From assembly GCF_009914755.1 (NCBI RefSeq), contig NC_060941.1: a DNA stretch of 64,000 nt. One strand, given 5' to 3'. A model generated the notes under the pieces. The model saw only the letters and a program-made list of their open reading frames with translations. It searched no databases and was not told where the DNA came from. A program made the translations under genes and the position numbers. Shown here one piece after another: positions 1 through 34,023 of this stretch (position 1 is the stretch's first letter; each line of letters starts with the position of its first letter). The DNA comes from the human T2T-CHM13v2.0 reference genome, Homo sapiens.

Positions 1-2067
<2,067 letters not shown>

Positions 2068-2134
2068 TTCTTACAGGATACTTTTAAGTTTCCTATGCTC
2101 CCCTGGGAGGAAAAGGAGGTGGTGGAGATCATAG

Positions 2135-3669
2135 TGTGTCCGGAACTGGTGGGTTCTTGGTCTCACTGACTTCAAGAATGAAGCCGTGAAGCCTCGTGGT
2201 GAGTGTTACAGTTCTTAAAGGCGGCGTGTCTGGAGTTTTTTCCTTCTGATGTTCAGATTTGTTCAGAGTTTCTTCCTTCTGGTGGGTTCGTGGTCTGACG
2301 CTGGCTCAGGAGTGAAGCTACAGACCTTCACGGCGAGTGTTAATAGCTCTTAAGAGGGCACATGTAGAGTTGTTCCCTCCTCTCAGTGGGTTTGTGGTCT
2401 TGCTATCTTCAGGAGCGAAGCTGCAGACCTTTGTGATGAGTGTTACAGCTCATAACAGCAGTGTGGACCCAAAGTCTCAGCAGCAGCAAGATTTACTGCA
2501 AAGAGCAAAAGAACAAAGTTTCCACAACGTGAAGGGATACCCAATCAGATTGCTGCTGCTGCTAGCTCAAGCAGCCTGCTTTTATTCTCTTATCTGACCC
2601 CACCCACATACTGCTCATTGGTCCATTTTATAGAGAGCCGATTGGTTTGTTTTACAGAGAGCTGATTGGTCCGTTTTGACAGGGTGCTGATTGGTGCATT
2701 TACAATCCCTGAGCTAGACGCAAAAGTTCTCCAAGTCCCCACTAGATTAGCTAGATACAGAGTGCTGACTGGTGTATTTACAAACCCTGAGCAAGACACA
2801 GAGTGCTGATTGGTGCATTTACAAACCTTGAGCTAGACACAGAGTGCTGATTGATGCATTCACAATCCCTTAGCTAGACATAAAGATTCTCCAAGTCCCC
2901 ACCAGATTAGCTAGATACAGAGTGCTGATTGGTGCATCCACAAACCCTGAGCTAGACACAGGGTGCTGATTGGTGTGTTCACAAACCTTGAGCTAGACAC
3001 AGAGTGTTGATTGGTGCACTCACAATCCCTTAGCTAAACACAAAGCCTCTCCAAGTACCCACTAGACTCAGGAGCCCAGCTGGCCTCTCCCCCTGGATTG
3101 CTCACTGGGGCCGCAGGTGGAGCTGCCTGCCAGTCCCGCGCCCTGCGCCCGCACTCCTCAGCCCTTGGGCGGTCGATGGGATTGGGCGCCGTGGAGCAGG
3201 GAGCGGCACTCCTCAGGGAGGCTCAAGCCGCGCAGGAGCCCAGCGTGGGGGGTGGGTTGGAGATGCAGGCATGGCGGACTGCAGGTCCCGAGCCCTGCCC
3301 CGCAGGGAGGCAGCTAAGGCCCGGCGAGAAACCGACCACAGCAGCTGCTGGCCCAGGTGCTAAGCCCCTCACTGCCCGGGCTGGCGGGGCAGGCCAGCCG
3401 GCTGCTCAGAGTGCCGGGCCCGCCCAGCCCACGCCCACCTGGAACTCATGCTGGCCTGCAAGCGCCGCGTGCAGCCCGGGTTCCCGCCCGCGCCTTTCCC
3501 TCCACACCTCCCTGCAAGCTGAGGGAGCTGGCTCCGGCCTTGGCCAGCCCAGAGTAGGGCTCCCACGGTGCAGCGGCGGGCTGAAGGGCTCAAGCGCGGC
3601 CAGAATGGGCACCGAGGCCGAGGAGGCACCCAGAGCAAGCTAGGGCTGCCAGCACGCTGTCACCTCTCA
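2135..3669 (-). mobile_element. Solo ERV9 LTR, LTR12 family (LTR12C/D/E-like)
   Basis: Minus strand begins TGAGAGGTGACAGCGTGCTGGCAG and ends TCCGGACACA. GC-rich 5' U3 and tandem CCAAT-containing U3 repeats. Perfect 4-bp TSD ATAG at 2131-2134 and 3670-3673. Confidence 0.95.
2575..3060 (-). promoter_or_regulatory. LTR12 U3 enhancer/promoter: tandem CCAAT (NF-Y) repeats and AATAAAA TATA-like box, pointing toward lower coordinates
   Basis: About 8 ATTGG motifs (e.g. ~2616, 2641, 2665, 2690, 2809, 2928, 2969, 3010) in AGAGTGCTGATTGGTGCATTTACAA-type repeats; TTTTATT at 2580-2586. Activity itself is not visible from sequence. Confidence 0.7.
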
Positions 3670-3776
3670 ATAGGACCCCTGGAGGAGGACCCACTTCAGT
3701 TCACATGGGAACATCCATTGCAGATTACAGACCACGGAGAATGGAGCCCAGGCAGCTTTCACTCATCCACTGATGA

Positions 3777-7250
<3,474 letters not shown>

Positions 7251-7269
7251 ATAGTTTAATGGCTGTGCA

Positions 7270-7900
<631 letters not shown>

Positions 7901-7907
7901 CCATGTC

Positions 7908-8220
7908 GGCCAGGCGCAGTGACTCACACCTGTAATGCCAGTACTTTGGGAGGCTGAGGCAGGAGGATTGCTTGAGTCCAGGAGTTTGGGACCAGCCTGG
8001 GCAACACAGGGAGACCCTGCTTCTACAAAAAAAAAATTTAAATTAGCAGGACGTGGTGGTGCACACCTGTAGTCCCAGCTACTCAGGAGGCTGAGGCAAG
8101 AGGATCACTTGAGTCCAGGAGGTTGAGGCTGCAGTGATCCAAGATTGTGCCGCTATGCTCCAGTCTGGGCAACTGAATGAGACCCTGTCTCAAAACAAAA
8201 CAACAAACAAAAACAATCAA
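7908..8220 (+). mobile_element. AluJ-like element
   Basis: Full dimer with AluJ-type GGATTGCTTGAG and GAGGCTGCAGTGA; ATCAGCCATG repeats flank it. Confidence 0.9.
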
Positions 8221-8674
8221 ATAGACAAAAATATATCAGCCATGATTATTAGTAATTGTGTGATCTTTCTGGTCCTCAGTTTTTTTCAGCTGTAAGGTGG
8301 GGATAACTTCCTTGGCCTACTTCACAGGCATATATTGAGAATCAAATGAAATAAATAATTCAAATAAAATAGGAATAATTATATGAATAACATATCACCA
8401 CTTCATGGTAGAGGTGGTGGTAAAAATGATGATAAACATAGTTCTTAGTTCCTTCCAGCCTCCATATTGGTATCTACTCCAGTGACTAAAGCCAGCTATT
8501 CCATGATTATTAATCAGAAAAGCAGTTATCCAAATGTAAGATGTTAATAGGGAAACTGAGTGCAGAGGATATGGAACTTTTTGTACTTACCATCTTTGCC
8601 ATTTTTCTGTAAATATAAAACTGTTTACTAAAAAAATAAGTTTACTGAAAAAACTTGATAAAAAAAAAAGAATG

Positions 8675-9155
<481 letters not shown>

Positions 9156-9482
9156 TAAAATGTAAAGTAGTACGTGGGTTTCCTGTCTTTCCTATGAACA
9201 AAGGCTCCTATTCATCACGGTCTGCCATTTCTTGGTTCGTGCTGTCCATGACATCACCCAACATTTACCTACGAGGCAAGAGGAAGGAGACAACTGATGA
9301 CTGACTGAGCAGGATGATACTAAACGGGGCCTGCATAATCCCTTTTACCCTGCTTTTCTCCAGCTTCTTCGAAGCTTTAGGCCATGGATCCAAACCATGC
9401 TTAAAATAACACACAAGTACATATTTAAATATGTATATGTTAAATATATAATACATATATATTTTATGCATACATTTCATTA

Positions 9483-9893
<411 letters not shown>

Positions 9894-10026
9894 CTATAGT
9901 CCCAGCTACTCAGGAGGCTGAGGTGGGAGGATCGCTTGAGCCCACGTTGTCAAGGCTGCAGTGAGCCATGATCGTGCCATTGCACTACAGCCTGGGCGAC
10001 AGATCTCAGGCTGTCTCAAAAATAAA

Positions 10027-10168
10027 TACGTATGTACATACGTGCATACATGCACACATGCATGCACGCATACACGCATGCATACATACATGCATGCACA
10101 CGTACATGCATGCACACATGCATACACACGTACATGCATACACACATACATGCATACACACCTACATG
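10027..10168. repeat. Alternating purine/pyrimidine (TACA/TGCA/CA)n compound microsatellite in an Alu tail
   Basis: TACGTATGTACATACGTGCATACATGCACACATGCATGCACG... directly visible. Confidence 0.95.
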
Positions 10169-11413
10169 TTCATAGAGGAAAAAAATTACCCACAGCTTCC
10201 CAAAGACAACCACTTAACATTTTGGTCTAGTCCCAAATTTTATTTCAACTATGTTTTGAGGGTTTTCTTTTAAACATTGCTTTTGCTTCTTTTGTTTTGC
10301 TTTGTGGTTTCTTTTTTCTTTTTTTTGAGACAGAGCTGGCTCTGTTGCCAAGCTGGAGTGCAGTGGCATGATCTAGGCTCACTACAACCTTCGCTTTCAG
10401 GGTTCAAAACATTTCCCTGGCTCTGCCTCCTGAGTAGCTGGGACTACAGGCACGTGCCACTACACCTGGCTAATTTTTGTATTTATAGTAGAGAAGGAGT
10501 TTCACGATGTGGGCCAGGATGGTCTCTATCTCTTTACCTCGTGATCTGCCCACCTCGGCCTCCCAAAGTGTTGGGGTTACAGCGTGAGCCACCGCACCTG
10601 GTCTGTTGTTGTTGTTTTTTTTTCGAGACGGAGTCTTGCTCTGTCCCCCAGGCTGGAGTGCAGTGGCGCAGTCTCTGCTCACTGCAAGCTCTGCCTCCCG
10701 GGTTCATGCCATTCTCCTGCCTCAGCCTCCTGAGTAGCTGGGACTACAGGTGCCCGCCACCACCCCTGGCTAATTTTTTGTATTTTTAGTAGAGACGGGG
10801 TTTCACCGTGTTAACCAGGATGGTCTCAATCTCCTGACCTCGTGATCCGCCCGCCTCGGCCTCCCAAAGTGCTGGGATTACAGGCGTGATACTGGGATTA
10901 CACCACGCCCGGCCCTGTTTTGTTTTAATAGAAACAAGGTCTCGTTCTGTCACTGAGGCTGAAGTATAGTGGTGTCATCATAGCTCACTGCAGCCTTGAA
11001 CTCCTGGGCTCAAGTGGTTCTCCCATCTTAACCTCCTGAGTAGCTGGGACTACAGGTGTGTGCCACCATGCCCAGCTGTTTTTTTTTTCTTTTTTTGTAG
11101 AGACGGGGTCTTGCTCTGTTACCTAGGTTGGTCTCAAACTTCTTGGCTCAAGTGATCCTCCCACCTTGGTCTCCTAAAGTGTTGGGATTACAGGCACGAG
11201 CCACCATGCCCAGCCTCTTCTAAACATTGTCATAATTTAGGCCGTGTGCAGTCTCATGCCTGTAATCCCAGCACTTTGGGAGGCCCAAGCAGGCAGATCA
11301 CTTGAGGTCAGGAGTTCAAGAACAGCCTGGCCAACATGCGGAAACCCAGTCTCTACTAAAAATACAAACATTAGCCGGGCATGGTGGTGGGTGCCTATAA
11401 TCCTAGCTACTCA

Positions 11414-11548
<135 letters not shown>

Positions 11549-12138
11549 TTATAAGGGCACACACGTCCTGCTTTTTCACATAACACTGTATCATAAAGAT
11601 TTCTATGTTAGTGTGTAGTATTTGTAAATATTAAATACTTGCATAGGCCGGGCACAATGGCTCATGCCTGTAATCCCAGCACTTTGGGAGGTTGAGACAG
11701 GCAGATCACTTGAGCCCAGGAGGTTGAGACCAACCTGGGCAGCATAGCAAAACCCTGTCTCTACAAAACATACAAAAATTAGCTAGGCGTGGTGGCACAT
11801 GCCTGTAGTCCCAGCTACTCAGGAGGCTGAGGCAGGAGAATCGCTTCAGCCTGGGAAGCCTCAGGGCTGCAGTCATCTGAGATGGTGCCGCTGCAGTCCA
11901 GCCTGAGCGACAGAGTGAGACCTCGTCTCAAAGAAAACAACAACAACAAAAAACCTTGCTTAATACTGCAGGGTTATTGTTGGATCCCCGCTTTTCCATT
12001 TGTTCACTGTCATCAAAGGAGACTCAAATTTCACAGTTGCATGGACTTTATTTTTCTATAACTGAACTAAATGTCTTTCTTAAGCCCCAGGTCTCTGGAA
12101 GCAAAGAACATAATCAAGTCACTTCCAAGTAAACTCAG

Positions 12139-12143
<5 letters not shown>

Positions 12144-12216
<73 letters not shown>

Positions 12217-12221
12217 TTTTT
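12144..12221. repeat. Compound (GT)n(AT)n(T)n microsatellite at an Alu tail
   Basis: About 20 GT units, then AT units, then poly-T. Confidence 0.97.
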
Positions 12222-12674
12222 GAGATGGAGTCTCGCTCTGTCACCCAGGCTGGAGTGCAGTGGTGCGATGTCGGCTCACTGCAAGCTCCGCCTCCTGGGT
12301 TCATGCCATTCTCGTGCCTCAGCCTCCCGAGTAGCTGCGACTACAGGCACCTCAGCCTCCCAAAGTGCTGGGATTACAGGTGTGAGCCACCGTGCTCGGC
12401 CCAGGTAAACTGTCTTAATCAGATTCTGCTGTTCTCAAGTCCTCACCACTCTGTTGCTGAGGGAGTTATGTAAATGTCACCAAAGAGCCAATGGGGAGGC
12501 TTCTTGATCTTTGTCAGCCTCGTTCCATGGTGGTCTCCTGTTCCAGGTATACCAGGTGAGCCATCCCTGTCTGTCTCAGGCTGGGGTAGAAGAAGGTAGG
12601 AAGGCAGCATTGAGGGAATGTGTGAGTGGGAGGCAGGAAGGATCTGCCTCGAGTGTGGATAACCTGCTGTGTAG

Positions 12675-13049
<375 letters not shown>

Positions 13050-13955
13050 TGAGCCACTGTGCCCGGCCAAGAATCTGTTTCTAATCTCAAGCCTAGACAT
13101 GCCAAGCTACCATTTCTATTCCACAGTGTCCATGCCATCATGGTAGGAGATCTGCCTCTGGGGCTTACTGCCCTCCTGGGGCTTCCCCAGGAATCAAGAT
13201 CTTTTCAATCCACTTAAAAGAGGTTTATTGAACTTCAGATGGGGCTGGGTGCGCAGTTCCTGTTCTTTCGCTTCCTCTTCCAATGCCCCACCTGTCTTCC
13301 CTCTCTAATGAAACCTTATCTGGAGCGGAGGTGCGGAGAATTGTTTCTCCTCTTCCTGAGTCTTTTGGTCTCACTCTTGAATGCACAGCTTGTGAGTTTA
13401 AAAACCAAGATGTTGTTGACTTTTTTTATCTGGTTCTATCCTAGGAGGGATGGTGGCCTTGGATTAAAAGGGATTTTGAGAAAGGGAAAGAAGAAACTCG
13501 TTATCATCTTAAATTATTATCCTGCCTCATAAATAATGCAGCAAAATTATCTGGGCACATGTCACCAGTGACCTTTGGCAGACAGGGTGGAGCAGAGAGC
13601 TGTGTATGAGCCAAGACCTGATGTCATTGAGGAAGGTAAAGTGAGGCTGGGGAGGCTGATGGTAAAGACAGCAGCATAGGCAGGTGGTTCCCCCTGTGAA
13701 AAAGGAGAAGGGTGCAGACTGTGGGTGTCTGAACAACGGTGGTTTGTGCTGTCCGCAGAGCTGCAAGTCATCACCCGCCCCTCCTCCCTCAGTAAGAAAG
13801 TTGGAGCACAGACTCAGACAATTAAGGGCGCCCTTTCCAATCCACCCGGACACAGTGATGATTGTCCAAAGCAATTGGCTTGCTCAGACAGCCAGAAAAA
13901 AATCTAGTCTATCGGCATAAACTGTTTGTTTTTTTTGTTTTGTTTTGTTTTTTGA

Positions 13956-14290
<335 letters not shown>

Positions 14291-15356
14291 TGAGCCTCAG
14301 CATAAACTCTTTTTGTGCATGTAATCCGGATATTTTCTTTAAAATTTTTCCCATGAGTAGAATTGCTGAGCCAAAGGATAAAACTTATGCAATTATGATG
14401 TTAAAAAAGAAAGGTCGGTGGTTCACGCCTATAATCCCAGCACTTTGGGAGGCTGAGGCAGGCGGATCACGAGGTCAGGAGATAGAGACCATCCTGGCTA
14501 ACATGGTGAAACCCCGTCTCTACTAAAAATACAAAAAAAAAAAAAAATTAGCCGGGCGTGGTGGCGGGCGCCTGTAGTCCCAGCTCTTCCGGAGGCTGAG
14601 GAGGAGCTCTGTCCCCTAGGGGCTGAAGTGCAGTGGTGCCATCATAGCTTACTGCAACCTGGAACTCCTGAGCACAGGTGATCCTCCCACCTGAGCCTCC
14701 TGAGTAACTGGGGCTATAGGCAGAGGCCGCCAAGCTGAGCTAATTTTTAAACTTTTTGTAAATACAGGATCTCAAGATGTGGGCCAGGCTTGTCTCAAAC
14801 TGCTGACCTCAAGTGATTCTCCCACTTCAGCCTCCCAAAATGCTGGGATTACAGGCAGGAGCCACAGCGCCCAGCCAGCCATGGTCTTAATACAAAAAGT
14901 ACCAAAGCTGTTAACTTAAAGGGGGATCAGGCATGAGTCATGGTGGTGGAAAATAAATTGGTACAATCTTTCTGTAGGAAAAGTGGTCAGTATGTCAATA
15001 TGCATAAAAAAAATTTAACCTAGCACCTCTACTTTTAGGAATTCATCTGAAGGCAATAATTGGACAGATGTGCAAAGATATATATATATGCCAGGAAGTT
15101 TAAAGAAGCATGTTTATAATAGTTGAAAATAGACATGATTTAAATATCTAGCAACAGAAGATTGTTAAAAATAGTACTTCCGGCCAGGCACAGTGGCTCA
15201 CACCTGTAATCCCAGCACTTTGGGAGGCCAAGGCAGGCAGATCACCTGAGGTTGAGAGTTTGAGACCAGCCTGACCAACATGGAGAAACCTCGTGTCTAC
15301 TAAAATTACAAAATAAGCCAGGCATGGTGGTGCATACCTGTAATCCCAGCTACTCA

Positions 15357-15521
<165 letters not shown>

Positions 15522-15842
15522 TCACATAATCAAATATCTTACAGTCATTAAAAATTATGACAAGGCCGGGCGTGGTGGCTCACAGCTGTAATCCCAGCAC
15601 TTTGGGAGGCTGAGGCGGGCAGATCATGAGGTCAGGAGTTCGAGACCAGCCTGGCCAATATGGTGAAACCCCGTCTCTACTAAAAATACAAAAATTAGCT
15701 GGGAGTGGTGGTATGTGCCTGTTGTCCTAGCTACTCAGGAGGCTGAGGCAGGAAAATCACTTGAACCCAGCAGACGGAGGTTGCGGTGAGCTGAGATCTT
15801 GCCACTGCACTCCAGTCTGGGCGACAGAGCAAGACTCTGTCT

Positions 15843-15873
<31 letters not shown>

Positions 15874-15969
15874 ACCACTTTGAAGAAATAAAAAGATAAA
15901 AAGCAAAACAAATAACAAATTGTATGTACTTATTGTGTACAACATGATGTGACATTCTGTACATTTTAA

Positions 15970-16193
<224 letters not shown>

Positions 16194-17058
16194 TGAATTC
16201 TCCACCTCAGGTGATCCGCCCGCCTCTGCCTCCCAAAGTGCTGGGATGACAGGCGTGAGCCACCGCGCCCAACCACATTTTAATCTATTTTTCACTTAAG
16301 GATCTTCCTGGGCCAAACTAGATTTCTTGGAAGCCATGCTTTGTTTCATTTCGTAAGTTCAAGCCTTTTTCTTCCTTTTGGGTAACTCCAGAATTCCTCA
16401 CTCTCCTCCCCCACTCATTGCCTCTGCTTCTTCCCACATGCCCCTCTTCTCTTCCCATCAGGCTTCCCTAGTCAACATTCTTTTCAGAAGTGAGGCTTGC
16501 CCTCGTGACACCTCTCTTAAGTGGCTCAGCCTGGAAAATCCTCTAGGAGAGTTGCCCTTGACGACAGACAGACTCAGAGGTCACAGGCCCTGTGGGCTGT
16601 GGGGCCTGGTGTGGATGAGGGTGTCAGCCAAAGTGGCACTTCTGGGGCAACTAACAATAGATTACACAAAGTCCACTGCCAAGTAGTCGCTTGGGCTGGG
16701 CCGGTAAAAGGCCCTGATCAGCCGCTGGGAAAGGCTGGTCTTCAACCCTTGGACTCTAACCGCGGCAGGACTCAGCAGAATTCAAGGTCCTGATCATGAG
16801 AATGGCTTTGGGTCTCACATGTGCCAGTTCCTGCCCTGAAGCCTTAAGTTTGAGAGCAAGACGGAAACAAATGGACAGGAAGACTCCCATGAATACAGGA
16901 AGCGCCCAAAGATCTCAGGAGCAAGCCCCTTCTTTAACTGAGAGCATTCACTTTCCCTTCTGATTTACTCCCCCAGAAAAACATTAGAGCTGACACCTTC
17001 TTGGTGACTTTGGATCATGAGCTCAAACACGATCTCAGAGCTTTGCCATTAGAGATCA

Positions 17059-18420
<1,362 letters not shown>

Positions 18421-18567
18421 CTAGGTTGGTAAATATCCCAGCAGTCCGAGATAAACGGCTATCCCTGCCCTTCTTGGCTGTCTCCAGGGATATGCTATCA
18501 TGTCCCTTCACATATTCTTTGAGGAATTACACACCAAGCGAGAATAGGAGATGGCGTATACTAGTTT

Positions 18568-19767
<1,200 letters not shown>

Positions 19768-20136
19768 AGGAGATGGAGTATACTAGTTACCCAGGGTAGG
19801 TACCTGTGCACTCCCCTGGAACTGGGGCATGGTGTCAGCTGCACCCAACCATATGCATTGCAAGTAGGAGAGAGGTGGCTCCTCAAAGGAAAACCTTTTA
19901 TTATTAGAAGAAAGGACTATAGAAAGTAGGAAGGACAAAAATAGCTCTGCGCATAACAGAGACCGTGAGATTTCCTAGAGGTGACCAGCCTCTGCTGGAT
20001 GGCGTAGGGTGAGCCTCGGCAGCTCTTCCAGCGGGCCTTTCTGTGCTGTGGAGGCTGGAAGGAGAAAGCTGCCCTTCCCAGATTGCATGCAGCTTGGATT
20101 CTGGGCGCAGCCTGGGTTCTAGGTTGATACTTATTA

Positions 20137-25358
<5,222 letters not shown>

Positions 25359-25359
25359 T

Positions 25360-27140
<1,781 letters not shown>

Positions 27141-27495
27141 CACTGATGTTTTCCTCTCTTAATCTTGCTCAGTAGGACAGTGGTTTAGTTGTAATGGAAA
27201 ACTCTGGGTTTTATTGGGCTGAGTTGGCCTGAGGTGCCAAGGCTGCACTGGGGGCCACAGAGATAGCCTGGTACTATTAGAAAGGCCTAGGGGAGATGAA
27301 ATTTACCACCTTGCAGCCTAGTCCTCCAACAGACTTGAGTGATGGTTAATGGCACGGACTTCAGACCCAGAGCACCCAGGCATGGTGTGTCATATCCGTA
27401 ATGCCAGCACTTTGGTAGACTGAGGTAGAAGGATTGCTTGAGCCCAGAAAGAAGTTCAAGACTAGCCTGGGCAACATAGTGAGACTCTGTCTCTA

Positions 27496-27714
<219 letters not shown>

Positions 27715-28654
27715 TTATACACCAAGTACCATGCTAGACACAGGGGATTCAACAATAAACAAAAGCACACAATGCCCTGCCCTCATGGAGCTTATAGTCT
27801 AGTGAGGGAAAAAGATGTTAGTTGAATTATCACCTTTCAATGAATGTGTGATTACAAAATGAATAAAACAAATGCTTTGATGGCAGAGGCTCTAGCAGTA
27901 CCTCAGTGTTCCTTCTGTCCCTCTTTATGAGTAATAGAACCTTTGATTTTTACATAGACATATGGGTACCTAGAATAAAGACTACATTTTCCAGGCTTCT
28001 TGCAACCAGATGTGGCCTTGTGGCTAAATTCTGGCCAGTCCTACATATGCAGAAGTGGGATGTTCAACTTGTAGGAGATGTCTGTAAAGGGAGGAGGCTT
28101 GCCCGTTTTTCCTCTTTCTTATTCCCACTTGTGGGAATGTGGACATAATGGCTGGAGCTCCAGCTGCTGTCTTGGACTATCAAGCGACCTTGAGAATGAA
28201 AACCATGTATATTGGAGCAAGAAAATAAAGGAAGCCCGTGGGGCTGGTGTCGTGGTTCACACCTGTAATCCCAGCACTTTGGGCAAGAGAATCACTTGAG
28301 CCCAGGAGTTCAAGACCAACCTGGGCAACATAGTGAGACCCCTTCTCTACTAAAAATTTAAAACATAGTGAAGCACAGAGGTGTGTACCTGTGATCCTAG
28401 CTAGTTGGAAGACTGAGATAAGAGGATCTCTTGAGCTGGTTCAGCTCTGTTGTCCAGGCTGGAGTGCAGTGAGCTATGATTGCACCACTGCATTCCAGCC
28501 TGGGAAACAGTGCAAGACCCTGTCTCAAAACAGAAGGAAGAAAGAAGAAGAAGGAGGAGGAGGAAAGAAGAAGGAAGAAGGAAGATGAAGAGGAAGGGGA
28601 AGAAGGAGAAAGCAGCAGCAGCTTGGCTCTTAGGCACCATGAGGCCCAGGACTT

Positions 28655-29283
<629 letters not shown>

Positions 29284-29835
29284 ACCCAGGACTTCTAAGT
29301 GCAAAAGAAATGAGGTTTAATTTTGAGTAAGCCCCTGTTATTTGGAGGTTTTCTGTGGTTTGCCACTGTAACAGGAAGATGTAGTTCTATAAGCAAATGT
29401 AACACGGAACTTGACCCATACCAGGAGGGCTTCTTTGAGGAAATGACACTTGGGTTGAGTTAGCAATAGAGTGAGGAGGAAAGGGTTTTCAAGCAAAGGA
29501 AAAGTCCTATGCAAAAGTCCTGGGGTAGAAAGGAGCTTGCTGTGTTCCAAGGAAGAGAAGAAAGACCAGGGTGGCTGGGATAGAAAAAACAAGTAGAGGA
29601 TCAGCACGAAATGAGGTTGGAAAGGTGACAACACAGGGCACCATAAGCCTGTCAAGGCTTTTGCCAAAGATCCCAAGAGTAATGGGAGGCCACTGAAGGG
29701 GTTTTAGTGAGGAGATTAGAGGGCTAGATTGGTTCTCCTGGCTAGTAGCTCCATCCATCTGGAAGGCAGCTGCCATCTCTCAACCCCAGGATATCTTAGA
29801 GGCTTGGATCAAATGTTGTTTATCTGTGGATGAAC

Positions 29836-31885
<2,050 letters not shown>

Positions 31886-32328
31886 AGGAATAATCATCCC
31901 CAGAACTGGAGTCAGAGTAGAGTAAACCGATGTCTGACCACTCCCAGGATCTTAGGAAAACAGTCTGACTTCATTCATTGTTCTACCCACCAAGGAATGC
32001 CGAAAACAATGGAGAACTGGTTGTTCTGTGTTTCTCAACTTGAGGCAGTTTCCTGGATATACACAGTGGTATGTCTGGGACACGAGTAGCCTCAGGATAA
32101 ACATGGGGCATTCATTTGACTTGATGGGAAATGATTTGTATTATTTTATTTTAAAACAAGTGTGCACGTATTATGGGACAATAAACAACTTATGATGAGG
32201 TTTAAGAGTAAAAGATGAGGCTTTGAAGAAATTGTACCTGCAGCTTGGGCCTCACTCTCAGACTTTCAATAATATTTGCCCTTTTCCCTTGCCAATAGTG
32301 GTATTTTCCATCTCGAAAAAAAAAAAAA

Positions 32329-32529
32329 AGATTCTCATAGGAGTATGAACCCTACTGTGAACTGCTCATGCAAGGGATCTGGGTTGCACACGCCTTAATG
32401 AAAATCTAATGCCTGATGATCTGAGGTGGAACAGTTTCATCCAAAAACCATTCCCTCCGCCCCTCAATCTGTGGAAAAATTGTCTTCCATGAAACTGGTC
32501 CCTGGTGCTGAAAACATTGGGGACTGCTG
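32329..32529. mobile_element. MER1B (hAT-Charlie) right-hand fragment
   Basis: AGATTCTCATAGGAG...AATCTAATGCCTGATGATCTGAGGTGGAACAGTTTCATCC...GAAAAATTGTCTTCCATGAAACTGGTCCCTGGTG...TTGGGGACTGCTG. Confidence 0.88.
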
Positions 32530-32599
32530 TTTTAGGGCATTTTGGCTGTGCTGGTGATGTTGCCTTCTTCTGGAAACTTATAACAGCTTGTATCTCTGA

Positions 32600-33407
<808 letters not shown>

Positions 33408-33410
<3 letters not shown>

Positions 33411-33651
33411 AGAAAGAAAGGAAGAAAGAAAGGAATAAAGAAAGAAAGAAAGAAAGAAGGAAGGAAAGAAGGAAGAAAGGAAGGAGAAAGGAAGGAAGGG
33501 AGGAAAGGAAGGGAAGGAAGGGAAGGAAGGAAGGGAGGAAGAAAGAGAAAGAGGAAGGAAGGAAGGGAAGGGAAGGAAAGGAAGGAAGGAAGGGAAGGGA
33601 AGGGAAGGAAAGGAAGGAAGGAAGAAAGGGAAGGAAAGGAAGGAAGGAAGA
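33408..33651 (+). repeat. Polypurine (GAAA/GGAA/GGGAA)n compound repeat grown from an Alu tail
   Basis: About 240 nt of A/G with a single T. Confidence 0.97.
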
Positions 33652-34023
33652 TGGTGGGAGGGTAAAGGCTGGTTGAAGCTGCTAATTCTAATTTGTAGTG
33701 TTCCCTGCTTCTTCTCCTCCCTCGCTATTTTGTGCCTTTGGTCTCAGGACCTTCCTCAGCCGTCCCTTCTTCCAGGCAGACTTTGCTCAGTGCCTCACTC
33801 AGTGTGAATCCCGTGCCTTCTACCTCCCCGCATAATGTCCCCCAAACTTCGTCAGAGTACAAATTCAGCTGCACTGTGGTTCTCATTTAGTCATCTTTGT
33901 TCTTCACTAGATCAAAAATTCTTGAGGACAGAAAAGCGATTTCCTGTCAAGCAATTTTCCCTTCAAACCTTGGGTCTAGCACATGGCACATGACATTTAC
34001 TAACTAAAACATACATTGAGTAG

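Noticed and set aside
2640-3060. Regularly spaced repeats resembling a CRISPR-like array
   Set aside because: These are the known LTR12 U3 tandem enhancer repeats in eukaryotic DNA, with no unique spacers and no cas genes.
3098-3643. 181-aa ORF and CpG-island-like GC-rich stretch
   Set aside because: Lies wholly in the GC-rich U3 of LTR12. Stop-poor composition explains the ORF, and it is not a host-gene CpG island.
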